Shown in pieces: positions 1 through 12,744 of a DNA stretch of 64,000 nt (positions are counted from its first letter, which is position 1; the number at the start of each line of letters is the position of its first letter). Position numbers and translations under genes: made by a program. The notes beneath the pieces are model-generated. The model did not search any database and was not told the DNA's origin. It saw only the letters and a program-made list of their open reading frames with translations. Source of the DNA: Sphyrna mokarran (lineage: Eukaryota); NCBI GenBank assembly GCA_024679065.1, contig JAGIQG010000003.1, forward strand, positions 98,394,001 through 98,458,000, written 5' to 3'.

Positions 1-329
1 ATCTGTTGAAAGTAGCTCAATAACAATTAAGAGAAAACGTATTTACCAGCAAGTTCTTGCTATTGCTGTTAACTCCTGTTGTGGAAAAATGCAAACAGTT
101 TTGGTGGGTGAGAACCATCCTCATAGCATGAGAAAGAGTTGCCAAGCATGCTGGTGCGTCACTCAGTGTAGACTGTTAGGGGGATCTGCCTGAAGGTCTG
201 ATTAACTTGAAGAAAAGCACAAGGGCAAGCCCTGACAAGCTGTTGCTTAACAACTTTAGACTCACTTTTGTGAGTCTGGGCATTACTACTTCCATGCTGT
301 CCTGGTCAATCTTCTTTTTAACTCTCCAT

Positions 330-845
330 AAACTTCAGTTCATCCTAAACCTTGTCGCCTATATTTTAACTCCCACCAGGTCATTTCATGTATCACCTCT
401 GTGTACAGTAGCATTCAATTCAACCATGCCTCAAATTTAACATTGTCATCCTTCTGTTTAAATACTGTATGTGATCCTCACTGTTCCCAATCTCTGTCCA
501 CAACCCTTCAAAATTTCTGCATACTTTTAATTGTGGTCTTCCGTGCATTCAAAATTTCTATTGCCACCATCGCAACCCCCTCCCCTCCATCTGCCCCCCC
601 AACCCCACCTGGTGCCGATGTCTTCACCCTCTATGTCTAAACTTTGGGATTCCTTCCCTGAACTTTTTTATACATCTCTCCTCCTTCAAGGAAAGCTTCA
701 AAATTCACCTTTTTGGCCAATTTTTTGTCATATTGCGTAATGTGACTTGGTGTTCAATTTATTTGGATTTAGATTTAATTTCCTTGTTAATCACCTTGGG
801 ATGCTTTACTACATCAGTGGTGCTATATAAATGTAAGTTGTTGTA
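330..845 (+). mobile_element. Degenerate L2-like LINE 3' end
   Basis: Ends in TTGGGATGCTTTACTACATCAGTGGTGCTATATAAATGTAAGTTGTTGT, matching the recalled L2/DeuSINE-type tail (…AAAGGCGCTATATAAATGCAAGTTGTTGT). The same tail occurs reversed at about 21570 and 53705. Confidence 0.55.
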
Positions 846-989
846 ACTGGATTGCAAATCATCAACAGAATGCTTGAGCCGTTGAAGGCTCTTTTCTTTG
901 GCAGGAAAGAATACATAGAAACCTGGAAGAGGTAATTACAGTTATGTAGAGAATAAATAAGATGGTTGTAAATTTGCTGTTTAGTTTTG

Positions 990-1270
990 GGTGAATTCAG
1001 AACTAGGTTGCATAAGATAACTACAACAGATCTATTAAGGAATTTAGGAAGATTATTTTTACAGTGAGATTGATGAGATTGTGGAGTGAAGACAGTGTGA
1101 AGCAAATAGCATTGACACATTTAAAGAAAGGCTTGATGCTTCCATGAGAGAGAAAAAAGAGAAGGATGTAGGGCAGCCTGGGAAGAGATAACTTGTACAC
1201 AAGAGCAGATTGTGGAGTAACAGCACCAGTAAAAACGAGTTGGGTTATTGTGGTTTGATTGCTTGTACTG
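990..1270 (+). mobile_element. Old CR1 LINE 3' fragment
   Basis: AGAACTAGG…CATAAG…TTTTTACAGTGAGATTGATGAGATTGTGGA…ACATTTAAAGAAAGGCTTGATG resembles the CR1 ORF2 C-terminus (RTRGH…FF.QRVV..WN…FK..LD). Confidence 0.55.
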
Positions 1271-1799
1271 TCATGTTTAAAGGTAAAACTAATTCTTGGA
1301 CTCCCTTGAGTATCAGAGATCTATCTAACTAAGGAGTCCTAAAAATGGCAGTTGATCTATTCTTCCATGGCCCGCAGGTGTCATGCATGGAAGAATGTTA
1401 GCATGGATGTGCCATATGTGTACTGGAAGTATATATGTGTGCAGATTCTGATCTCATTCAGTGACTAAGATGGATTTGGTGCCTGAACCTCGCAGGAGCT
1501 CTCTTTAACACTTTCAGCTGAGCATGTTTTCAACAGCACAAGGGACGTCCTATTAGTATTATTATGAAGATCATTAATGTTTGAGACGCAATTTTCCCAC
1601 TTTCTTGCACTGGCGAACAGCATTGTGGGGTGGCAAGTTTGAATGGGAACCAAAAAATCGAATTAACACTCAGCGTCTGGCTGGTCACAATCTTTTAATC
1701 TGTGATGTGATCAACCTCGTGCTCAATCTAAATATTTATCTGGTTAATGAGCTCTGGACGCTATTGTCTGGATTCATTTAGATTTCTGACTTCACCAGT

Positions 1800-2050
1800 C
1801 AGACAATCACCAGGCAGGGTATAGGAAGAAGATGGAGAATCTGCTGAATAGGTGCAATAACAATAATCTGTCCCCCAGCTTCAGTAAAATGAAGGAGATG
1901 GTCCTCGACTTAAGGAAACGTAGTGGAAGACACACCCTTGCCTGCATCAATGGTGATGAAGTGGAAATGATTGAGAGCTTCAAGTTTCTATGTGTCCAGA
2001 TCACCAACAACTTGTCCTGGTCCCTCCACGCTGATGCCTTGGTTCCTCAA
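1800..2050 (+). mobile_element. Rex1/Babar-type LINE RT fragment
   Basis: ORF 1832-2122 reads NNLSPSFSKMKEMVLDLRKRSGRHTLACINGDEVEMIESFKFLCVQITNNLSWSLHADA, the typical post-YADD segment of Rex1/Babar reverse transcriptases. Confidence 0.75.
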
Positions 2051-3179
2051 GCAGCTCTGACTCTTGAGGAGTCAGCTTTGGACTGCACAGTTGTAATATG
2101 GCAGTCTGCATTAGTCAGTTGAGAGCACTGGCAGGGGCACTGTTGGAGTGTAGTGATGGAATACTGAATGCTATCTTCCTGAAAGAGGACAGCAGGCTTA
2201 TGGCCCATGGAACCACTGCCATCTCTTGAGGCAGTGTTTCCGCAATTCTAGTTATCTAATGAAGACAGGTGGTTGGCCTACAGTGAGAATCTGCATGCCG
2301 TTATGAGCATTGGCACCTGGAATCATAACGGAATCCACCTGAGCCTGCAAATCACTATGCTGAGCTTACATGGCAACAAACATGTAAACTAGAACCTTAG
2401 TCTGAGTTTCCACTACAGTGCAAAGATGTTGGGTGGTTTCTGCTTGTGTTGCAAAGGAATCTGAGACATGGGCTTGCTGACACTGCATAATGAATGAGTT
2501 TGCAGTTGGCCACTTCCATGCCAGAAAGAATGGGCCTATGCCACATTGGAGCCAGAGTCTTCCATGCTCCTTGACAGTGCAACAGGCTCAGTGGCTGGCC
2601 TTCCAGGTACTTCTGTGTGCATGCTCAACAATCTTCTCCTTCACACTGCCCCATTGAAGTATTCAACTGAATCCCCCATGGCAGAACCTGTTTACAACCT
2701 CACCCTCTGGGGAGCTGGCACAGGCACAGTCCTTTCTCTTGGGCTTGGCTACTGCTATTTGTATGTAATAGTTCACTATATGCTGATCTCATGTCTGCAC
2801 TAACTCCTAAATTTTGTGCAGTGACCAAATCTGAGCTGGTGGCATTCACCGTCAGAACAAGAAACGATACTGCTTCATCAGATATGCACTTGTTCACACC
2901 CTATCTAATGAGAATGCAATGGCTGGCATTGCATTCTGAAGTACCTGAAAGGAGGAAAATGGGGGAAATTGTCGATGGAGTTCATGGCCACACCACTTGC
3001 TGCATGCACTTCATGCCAGATATTGGGATGAAGGTGAAGCGGATTTGAGAATTTGCAGAAGTCATCAGCATCTCTGCATGTTAAACAACACATGGATGGA
3101 GTCCAGAACTAGCCATGTTGCTAGCCAAACTATGGCAATGCATTGACAATGTTGGTGTCTACACAACAATGCGGAAAAT

Positions 3180-4090
3180 TGCTGAAATATGTCCTGTCTA
3201 CCAAAATCCAAGTCTTCACTCAGTCTTTTAATAAAGTGATCCAAAGGATTGTTAACAATGCTATCAAGCAATACTTAGTCACCAATAACCTGATCAATAT
3301 GTTCAGTTTGGGATGCTCAGGGCCACTTGTCTGTAGATCTTATTAGGGCATCCTGAGGTGAGAAAAGAGTATCTGCCATTGATATTAAGGCAGCACTTGA
3401 CTGTGTGTGGCATCTGGGAGCTTTAATACAATTTACTTCTGTGGGAATTGAAGGGAAAACCTCCACTGGCTCTGACACAAAGAATCATGGTTATTATTGT
3501 TGGAGGCCAATCTTCAACCCAGGTATTGTTGCTGGATCTCCTCAGTTCAACTACCTTCAACTAATCCATCAATGACCTTCCCTCGATCATTAGGATCAAA
3601 AATGATAATGTTTGTTGCACAATGTTCAGTTCAATTTGCAACTTCTCAGTTAATTATGCAGTCCATGCCCCCCTGCATCAACATCTGTTCAGCATTCAGA
3701 TTTGGGCTGATGAGTAGCAAATAAAGTCCTCACCTCTCTATGACATTCAATAGAAATACCAATGCCTTTCCCTCAGTCAACACCCTGGGGTCACCATTAA
3801 CCAGAAACTTAACTGGACTAGCATATGAATATGGGTAAAGAGAAAGTCAGAGTTTGGGAATTCTGTGGTGAGTTATTTGTCTCCTGATTCCATAAAGCCT
3901 TTCTACCATTTAGAAGGCACAAATCAGGAGTGTGATGGAAAACTTGTCTGGATGACTGCAGCTTCAACATCACGCGAACCCCAACACCACGCAGGATATA
4001 GAGGACGATTTGATCAGCATCCTACTCACCACTTCAAATATTCCATCCCTCCCACCTCAGGCATGTCTTGGAGAATCCTGGCACTGCCAC
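3180..4090 (+). mobile_element. Degenerate CR1/Jockey-group LINE, RT region
   Basis: GCCATTGATATTAAGGCAGCACTTGACTGTGTGTGGCAT encodes AIDIKAALDCVWH (RT motif ALDIKAAFDRVWH). It is followed by …INDLPSIIR… and GVTINQKLNWTS, with many stops and frameshifts. Confidence 0.7.
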
Positions 4091-4794
4091 AGTTTTTGAG
4101 GTATATTGGTTAATGCAGGTTCTAATTTTTCTATATCCATGCAACTCACCAGTTCACTCTGCAATCATACATCAGTGTTTCTCTCCCTCCCCCTGCCTTA
4201 TCTTATATATCATATTATATATAAGTGGACAAACAACACTGAATAATTCAGAAGACAGAAGAGATAAATCAGGGAGCGTAGTGTAAAACCAAATGAATTA
4301 ACTTTTAATATATTTTGTAGCCAAGCGTCTTTCTGAGTATAAGAAAAGTCTCAAATAATCAAAAAATGAACCTTTTCTCCTAGCTTGATTCTTCTACCTC
4401 CTTTTTAGGGGATTAAAATACTCAGACTGGCACCCCTTACATTGATTTAGAAGATAAGAATGCCAGGCTCTAAGTCTCTAGCAGAAACTGGCATGCCAGA
4501 AAGTGTCTGCATTTCCTGTTCCTAAGTGTGTGTACACTTAGTGTCAAAAAGCAGAATAGCTTCTGAGTAAAAAAATGTCACTGCATGACTCAGGGTTAGA
4601 AGCTCTTAATACTACTGAAGTGTTTGGAAAATAATAGCAATTGTGTGTTAAATAGAGTGGAGGCAGAGAGGAAAATACCAAAAGTAGCATGACAAGATAT
4701 ACTGTACATCCTAGCTTGAATGCCAATAACACCCTATGCATTTTTTTATTTACAGAATAAGCTTGCTCCTTGTCTTAAAAACACTAAATATAAA

Positions 4795-5118
4795 TCATAG
4801 AAACCCTATAGTGCAGAAGCAGGCCATTCCGCCCATTAAATCTGCATCAACAACAATCCCACCTAGGCTCTATCCCCACAACTCCACATATTTACCCCGC
4901 TAATCCTTCTAACCTACGCATCCCAGGATACTAAGGGGCAATTTAGCATGGCCTCTGTATCTAACCCACACATCTTTGGAGTGTGGGAAGAAACCAGAAC
5001 ACCCAGAGGAAATCGTCACAGACATGGGGAAAATGTGCAAACTCCACACAGTTTCCCAAGCCGAGAATCAAACTCATGTCCTTGGAACTGTGAGGCAGCA
5101 GTTCTAAATAACGTGCCA
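4795..5118 (-). mobile_element. Full-length HE1-like V-SINE (tRNA head, V-domain, CR1-derived tail)
   Basis: The reverse strand reads GGCACG…CTGCTGCCTCACAG…TGTGTGGAGTTTGCACATTTTCCCCATGTCTG…GGTTTCTTCCCACACTCCAAAGATGTG…GAATGGCCTGCTTCTGCACTATAGGGTTTCTATGA, the shark HE1/V-SINE layout. Confidence 0.9.
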
Positions 5119-8100
5119 AAAAAAAAGGTGCCTATTATTTATAAGATGTTTGATCTTTTGCTTTGAATATATTTTTGCATATATAAGTTTATTATTTTTC
5201 ATATTAGCAGTTTTATTTAGAAGAGGTGGGTGTACCAGACTCTACAGTTCGCATTCCATGTATCACAGAAATGATGTTGGCAGGAACAGGTTGTGTTGTT
5301 CCACTGTACAAGTGAAAAAAAACCTGTAGTGTTTCAAAAGAAAGCATTTTGTTTCCCTTATTTTGTTTTTAGAGTGTGAGATCACTTTGGTTTTGAGGAT
5401 GGGAGTGCAATTTCCACTGAGGGTAGAGTAGATTGGCTGACATCACAATAGTTCATGCAATTCACGTCTTGCGATTTTTTTTCTCTCTGTTATGACATAT
5501 AGATGTCTTAAGAGATTCATCAGCTAGAAGTTGCCTACAAGCTTATGTGATCATTTATTCTGTATTCCAACCAAGGTAGAAAGACTAATAGATTGTTAAA
5601 TGGTGAGCAATTCATAGAGAACATTTAACAATTTTTCATTGTTTTAGTTTGCCCCTTTAGTTGTAATAGCTCAATACTCTGAAGCACACATCCTTATACA
5701 TTTTTTATACTTCCAGATAAAAAGCATCAATCCTGTGCTTTTAAAAATAAAACAGTGAATCTGACTTCTTTGCTTTCCAAAAACTAAATTGAACTACAGA
5801 GAAAACTACAGAATAATTATGTTAAGACAAAGTGTTAGGGTAGCTAATATTAACGACAGGTCTCATTTGCACCTAAAATATAGACAAAGGGTGGCTCCAT
5901 TAATATTTAATGGGGCTCTCGGGTTGAGTATTACATGAACATTTGCAACTGAGACCTTCCCCAATTTAAATGTTGTTTGTTTCTACATGTTTGTCAGATG
6001 CATTCCACTCCTATTGCATTCCCCACACAGAATGCTCCATTGGTTAGCACTGGTAATGATCAGGATTCAGAGATGGAGAAAGAGAGAAGGCAGACAGCTA
6101 ATGCAGAAGTAGTGTACTGAAAGCCACTTTTATTTCTTATTTATAATGTACATGCACAGTCTGGATTAAGGATGACACCACTTTAACTTCAGAGCTCTGG
6201 AAGGGAATGGATGACAGAACGGTGAGCTGGAGCACAAAGGTACTAACAAAAAGAAATGATGACTGTTTATTGAAATGCATTTTCTTTTGCATTAGCTTGT
6301 CTTCAGATATCGTTCCCATAGGAATGTGTATGAAATATGTTTTGAGAGCTAAGCTTTAACAACTGGAAACTGGTACTTGAGAGTTTGCTGTCTTATTAAG
6401 TGATATAGTGATGATAACTGCAGGGGCAGTTTATTCTCTCTAGTTCTACAAACAGTTACAGGCTTCAATTAAGCAAGTCTTATACTGTAATAAGCAACTT
6501 TAACGCAAGGCTTGCACACATGCAGCTGGTGCACTTGTTGTTTGTCAAGTCTTTAACTTAAGAGACCAGTGGGAGTTTTTAATTAATGTCTGTGAGAAGT
6601 GAATGCTAGTCTGTTTAAACCATCTTGGCAAGTTTGACTCATCTCCCCTTGCAGTTGATGCAGTCACTTGAGCCTCTGGGAATTCACAAAATTAAAAGTT
6701 GTGTTGCACGCTGTTGTCTTATATAGTATCCACCTCATCAGTCAAAAAAATCTCATACACATGGTTTTCCTAGGAGATTAATAATTTGACTAAGAGGAAT
6801 AAAATGCTAGCCTTGGAAAGCTTAACCTTCATGTGCAAGTCCTGGCTGCTTTCGTTTCATCCAGTGGTCATAAAAATGCTAGGTTATTGTTTTTGAAATA
6901 GAAAGCACACAGGGTTGTGAAAAAATTAAAACTTTGGTTTTCATATGATGTTAAGCACCTCATACAGAAATTAATAATAATTACATGGAACTAGCTAATG
7001 TAATTGCAAACTTTAAAATTTGAAATAATCAGACCAAATTACAATTTGAAACTTGATTACTAAGCACTGGGGTCGCGCTTATGATTTTTTTTACAATTTG
7101 CATATAAAACAAAAGAGGCAAAATACTGCCAGAATTGATTAACAAGGGCCTTTATTTAGAAAATAATATTAATTCAGTTGTTATTTTGCTGTTTATATAT
7201 TGTAGCATTTAAATTGTGCTGTTATCAAATGGAAGAAAAGGATCATTTTAGGACTTATAATAATGTTGAAAAAGAACATATAATTTTAATAGAGATTAAC
7301 TGATACTTTTTCACAATACATGTTGTGTCTAAAATTTGGAGGTTGTAAGTGTACAAATTAAAGTCTGTGTAAAACCACTCACTTATCCCTAAGGAGCAGG
7401 GCATGGTTTACCCTCATAATTCTCGTATGATCAGTACCTGAAGTGATCCAGATCATCAAGCTGAAGCACTTCCCTGCATGAAGTGAAAGAAACTCAGAGA
7501 GCCAGCTATTTGTCCTAATGTGTCTTGCTTTTGAAAAGTTTCTTGCAAAATCACCATTGTCTGAATACACTGATAATCGTGTCAGTCATAAAATATAGGT
7601 GGGATGGGGAACCTAACAAACTGTGCAGAAAAATGCTTACACAATAGCAAACAAAATGAAGCACCAAGTTAAAAAAAAATCAACTTGAGTCCTGTTTCAT
7701 AAAACAGAACATGAAAATTGGATAAAGTAATGGAACAATATCAATCACTGATGGTACATTTGAGTACATTATCTTATTTTGTTTTGCTTATTATTTATAA
7801 AAGTGATCTAATGCAGTGCTTAGGTGAAAATGGCGATGCATTTCACATAAAAGCCCAGAAAGCAACAATCTTGTGCTCTTTTGCCTTTTCTTTGAGCTGA
7901 GAACATGTTCTCCTTATTACCATAGGAACATGAGTCATGAATGTAAGTAACTGTTTTTTGCATTAGGTGCTCCCTGGAGGTATTAGAAAATATCATGTCC
8001 CTGCATGAAATGTAGATGTGAAATCTACCAGAAAGAAATATTTATGACCATTTTATGCTTGATTAGATTTGGATGACATCTGTTAGAAGACAGGGACTGG

Positions 8101-10198
8101 ACAAAGAGAAAGCTGCTCCTGGGCAAATGTTAACAGAGTTGTTTAGATGATGCAAGGGCAGAACCTTCCATTATGCTAGGCAAAACATAAGAACACTGTT
8201 AGTGTGAATGCAGTTGACAGGAATCTGCTGTGATGGGGACAAAATAACCTGACTTGAAGATGAAGCTGCTAATACATAATACACTGGCTATCAGATAGAA
8301 CCAGGTAATGTATAGCTCCTTCCTCTTTTTATAGTTTGTTTTAAGGTCAATGCAACCTTTTTAGATTTAAATAACTTGATAATTTAATAAGATATGATAC
8401 TTACCTTTGCTGGATTTTAGTTTTGTTCACATGATTTTCATGGGGAGTGCTTTTTTTGTAGTTTCCATTCTAACCTTTACTTGATTTAGTTTATCAAAAT
8501 TATTTGAAGGATTTGGTATTTTTATAAAGCTTTTATAAAAAAAATCACTTGCACATTAAAATTAAGAGATATCAGGCAACTTAATAATTGAGAAGACAAA
8601 ACCAATGTACAAATAGTGCTTCCCTAAACTTTTATGCCTTAACTTTGTGCTCTTGTGAACCTTCTTAACATTTTACTTTCGTTTCTAGTTTTGCCACTTA
8701 AAAATACTTTCTCAAGCTAAGATATATCTTTCTTAACTGCCGAATATATGACCAAAAGAGTTGGATCAGCAGGTGGGTTCTAATATGTAAAGTTATTAAA
8801 CCCACCATCTTTTCCAAAGAGTAGTTGTTAAGTCTTTATTGTTTTAGAGGAGTTTAAAGCAAGCCAGTGCTAAGTGAGAAAGTGGTTTTGATTATTTAAA
8901 CCCCCCCCTCTATGCCTGTAGAGCCTAAAGAAAGGGATTACATAGGTTATTCAGAGTTCTTGCTCATACATATATATTCATTGACAATGAACAAAGCATG
9001 CAACTGAGCTATTGATTTAAACCAAATTCAGCTGGGAATGCTTGTAACAGTTATGACAAAGAAGTGCTTTATTGGGACACTGGCAAATGTTTTGTATTGC
9101 ATGTTTGTAATTTTAAAGTATTTACAGTGTTAAAAATTTCACAACAATGAAGAAACAGTAAGGTTTAATTTACTTCAATTGGTTTAACTGATTTCAATGA
9201 TAAAGTTTCACCAACTGGATAACAGTAGTCAGACCAGAGGTATAATGGCGATTCACTTGTTAAATGAATTCTAACAGTTACATCAAACGGTAGAATACAA
9301 CCAGAATTCTGCTATTGGGAAATCTTTCAACTTGGATCCTATTCTTACAAAATCCATACTAGCTATGGCAGTGCTTGTGATGTAGGAAGTGCTTTTCCTG
9401 CTTTTGAATTCATGTTTTGACCTTACAATGAAAGTGCTCCTATTTTACACCAAAAATGTGATTGATAAATGAATAGGTCCAACGTGACTTGTAAGCAGCG
9501 TGTTAGCACAAATAACAGATGAATGATTGGTCTGTTGCTTCAGTTCCATGGGCTTCCATTCAGACCTGTAACATTATGTTTAACTCTTTGATTACCTTGA
9601 GGAATGAAATCCATTTAACACTTTCAAAATTGCTTGCTTCTTACTAGATACACGCTACAGAAAATTAAATCTGAATGTTGCTGACTAAGAACAGAAAAAA
9701 GTTTGTCAGTGGTTTTAATTAACAAATAAACCACAAACCTGCTATATCTTTCTTTCTTTGGGGTGTAACAGTGATATCACACGGTTGTACATGCCAAGAG
9801 ATTATAATAGTTATTTTCACTTTAAACTTCATGAAAATTTTAATTGATTAATTAGAAAAGGAATTGTAAAGGAATTAATAAACAAAATATAAAAATAGTT
9901 TCAGCATCTGTTAGAAAGTCTGTGTGTGTTTGTAAATATATAGTTGGAGATTGATTTCTATTTGGTAACATGGCAGTTCTATTCAATGTGTTGCTGAAAC
10001 ATACCTCATTTCTCAGCAATATTCAAGTTCTGTACAATCAATCAACTATTTAAAATGTATTTCAATTTTTACTCCATATATCCAGAAATTAATTGTACAA
10101 CCAGATAAATGAATGTAATCCATGTGGTATGTCCTTTTGTCAAAAATGCAGTCAATCTTGTAGTGTTGTACTATCTTGTACTACAAGTACAAGAGGAA

Positions 10199-10469
10199 CT
10201 GTGGGAGTTTGTGCATTCTCCCCGTGCTTGCGTGGGTTTTCTCCGGGTGCTCCGGTTTTCTCCGGGTGCTCCGGTTTCCTCCCACATCCCAAAGATGTGC
10301 TCTTAGGCTAATTGGCAAAACAAATTTTCCCTAAATTGTCTCAAATTTGGTTTTTAATCCACAGATCTATAAACATGGACAGGGATCGCGGGTAGAGATG
10401 GGAACATCGGGGTGGCGGCACGAGCTCGTTGGGCCGAAGGGCCTGTTTCCCATGCTGTTTTGTTCTTTG
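10199..10469 (+). mobile_element. 5'-truncated V-domain-containing retroposon with CR1-type tail
   Basis: V-domain (GGAGTTTGTGCATTCTCCCCGTG…GGTGCTCCGGTTTCCTCCCACA) followed by a GGGCCGAAGGGCCTGTTTCCCATGCTG tail. A closely similar copy lies at 16330-16595. Confidence 0.85.
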
Positions 10470-10779
10470 AATAAAATAATGAGAGTTTGAATCTTAAAAA
10501 CCATAATACTGAAGCTCAGGAATTTGATACAACTCTTTGAAACTTGGGATGAACCATTTTTATTTTCTTTACAATACATATTGTGTAGTGTGAATAGTTT
10601 ACCTTTTCCCTTTGTTTGTTGGTAAAGAAAGAAACCATGCAGTTTAGTGTGCTGACAGCCTGTTTTAGATATCTCCTTGGTACATATTCCTCTTAGTGGA
10701 GAAAGCCCAGGAGGAGACCTGGTTGTCAGTCTCCACCATCTTCCTTCTATAGCTGAATTGGGACATGTGAGATAGTGGT

Positions 10780-12150
10780 ATATGTGCATGCACATCCTGC
10801 TATCCCGTAGCTATATCATATGGATGCTTAGCTTTTATATGAATGCAGTGCCAGGAGGCACCATTTGGGAAGAATTTGGCCCATTCGTACCATTTCTCCA
10901 ATATGGTGGTTGTCCCTTTAATTATCTATCTGCAATGTCTAAGTGCTGAGTTCACCTGAGAACTTCACCACCCTCAGTGTATCAAACAAAATAGGCCTAT
11001 GCCTTACCATCCAGCATCCAACAAACTAGTTGAATGAGCTGTCCAAATTTTTAAGCCTGGTCTTAAGAAGCAATTAAGAGGGACCTTGGAGACCAAAATC
11101 TCATGATTCCTTCTGGGCTATAGGACCACACAACATGCAATGATAGGAGTGTTGTCAGCAGAATTGTTAATGGACCATTATCTCAGAGCCCTGTATTTCT
11201 AAATTTGCTAGGAAGGTTAGGGGCCATCCAAAGCAGTCAGCAAAGTCAGTATATTTGTTTTCAGTGGATGAAGCCGTGTATTTGAGGACTTTTGGAAGTA
11301 GGTTGAGTTGGGTCCCTTGAATTATTATATCCAAAATTGGGTCTCTGTTTTATCTAGTGGAAGTAGAAGAATCACCAAGAAACATATACACCCTTGCAGA
11401 GAACGAGAGGTGCCCTAGCAACAAGTACTACCATCAGGAACTATATTGCTACCTGGGAACGTTATTGACTATCCAAGCACTGAAGTACCTGGTTGTCCTG
11501 TGGCTCGCACAGTCGACATCTGTATGGAAACAGATATAGCTGAACTGTCTGTGCCGGAAGAGACAACTGTGATTATGGTTTTGGTTGCACGCAATCATGT
11601 GAAAGCTCCCAGATACAAGTTAAGCACTTCACAAGGATTTGGGAACCACCTGAAAGACTTAATTCCTAATTGACTAAATTCGTGTGTTGAATGTTAAATT
11701 GTCTTGGACTGTGTAAATTGAGTATTGACATTTGTATAAAAGGACTTAGAAGGGAGGAATGTGGTGATTGTTCCTTTAAAGATCCTTCTCGTGAGCAAGG
11801 GTCATATGATCCAGGGAGCAATCCAGGGAATAGGATGGGGGAATCACTCTGTTGAGCTCAGATTTCTGTTCCAGAACCTTCTCAGAAGCTGACTAGCAGC
11901 CTCTCATAGAATACCTACAGTGCAGAAGGAGGCCATTTCGCCCATTGAGTCATCACCGGTTACTGTCCCACCCAGGCACTATTCCCTGTATTGCCTATAT
12001 TATAGTTGTATGTAAATAGATATTGCATACCTTTCTATTAGGTATAGATACCTAATACCTATATTAGGTAGATAGGAATTAACTAATAGGTAGATAGGAA
12101 TTGTTATATCCACATTATTTTTTCCAAACTTACCATCTCTAACTATTCAG
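10780..12150 (+). mobile_element. Gypsy LTR-retrotransposon remnant (integrase core, PPT, start of 3' LTR)
   Basis: About 11002-11050 encodes PYHPASNKLVE*AVQIF (rve motif PYHP.SNG..ER.VQ), then FLLGYRTTQHA and AELLM. Purine tract AGAAGGGAGGAA at 11748-11759 is directly followed by TG. Confidence 0.7.
11904..11992 (-). mobile_element. HE1 SINE 3' tail fragment
   Basis: TCATAGAATACCTACAGTGCAGAAGGAGGCCATTTCGCCCATTGAGTC…CCCACCCAGGC is the same tail as at 4795. Confidence 0.75.
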
Positions 12151-12744
12151 GGTAATGTCTGCAGTTTAACAGCAATTTGCATTTATGTTCCAGCTTTAAT
12201 ATAATAAAACTTTCCAAGTAGCCAGGAAGAATGAGGTAAATTACATTTTGTGTTTATGGTGAGTAAGAATTTTTGTTTTATACTCCACTATTGCTACGTT
12301 ATCTGATAGCATATCTGATATCCTTCGATAGCACTTTTCAAACCTGTGATTTGAAGGACAAGGCCAGCAAACTGGGAACAGTACCACTCACAAATTCCTC
12401 TCCAAGCAACACAACATCCTGATTTATGTTTGTTTTATAATGTTCTTGTGAAGTTATATTTTGTTATATTAAAAATGCTACATAAATAGAAGTTTTATGA
12501 TATTCTAGAATTTATATTCCAGTTATAATGCAAGAGAAAGCTGAGGTCTTTATGCCTCTATCTAGGCCTTTGATCTCCTGTGGCATTGTCACTGCTGAAG
12601 TAAAGGATTCCTTTTATAAATTGGGGCTTATGGGAGAACTATATCAAAGCTCATGTTGAACAAAGATCCATAAACAGAAACAACAGAATTTGTTCATCAG
12701 GGAACGTGTGTGGAAATTTATTTATTTGCTTAAATGACTTTCTG

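Noticed and set aside
8147-8310. ATGATGCAAG as the FOXP1 start exon (MMQES…) with donor CAG|GTAATG at about 8304
   Set aside because: It reads MMQGQNLPLC then stop, with no further similarity. The canonical start exon was not found and is presumably upstream of the window.
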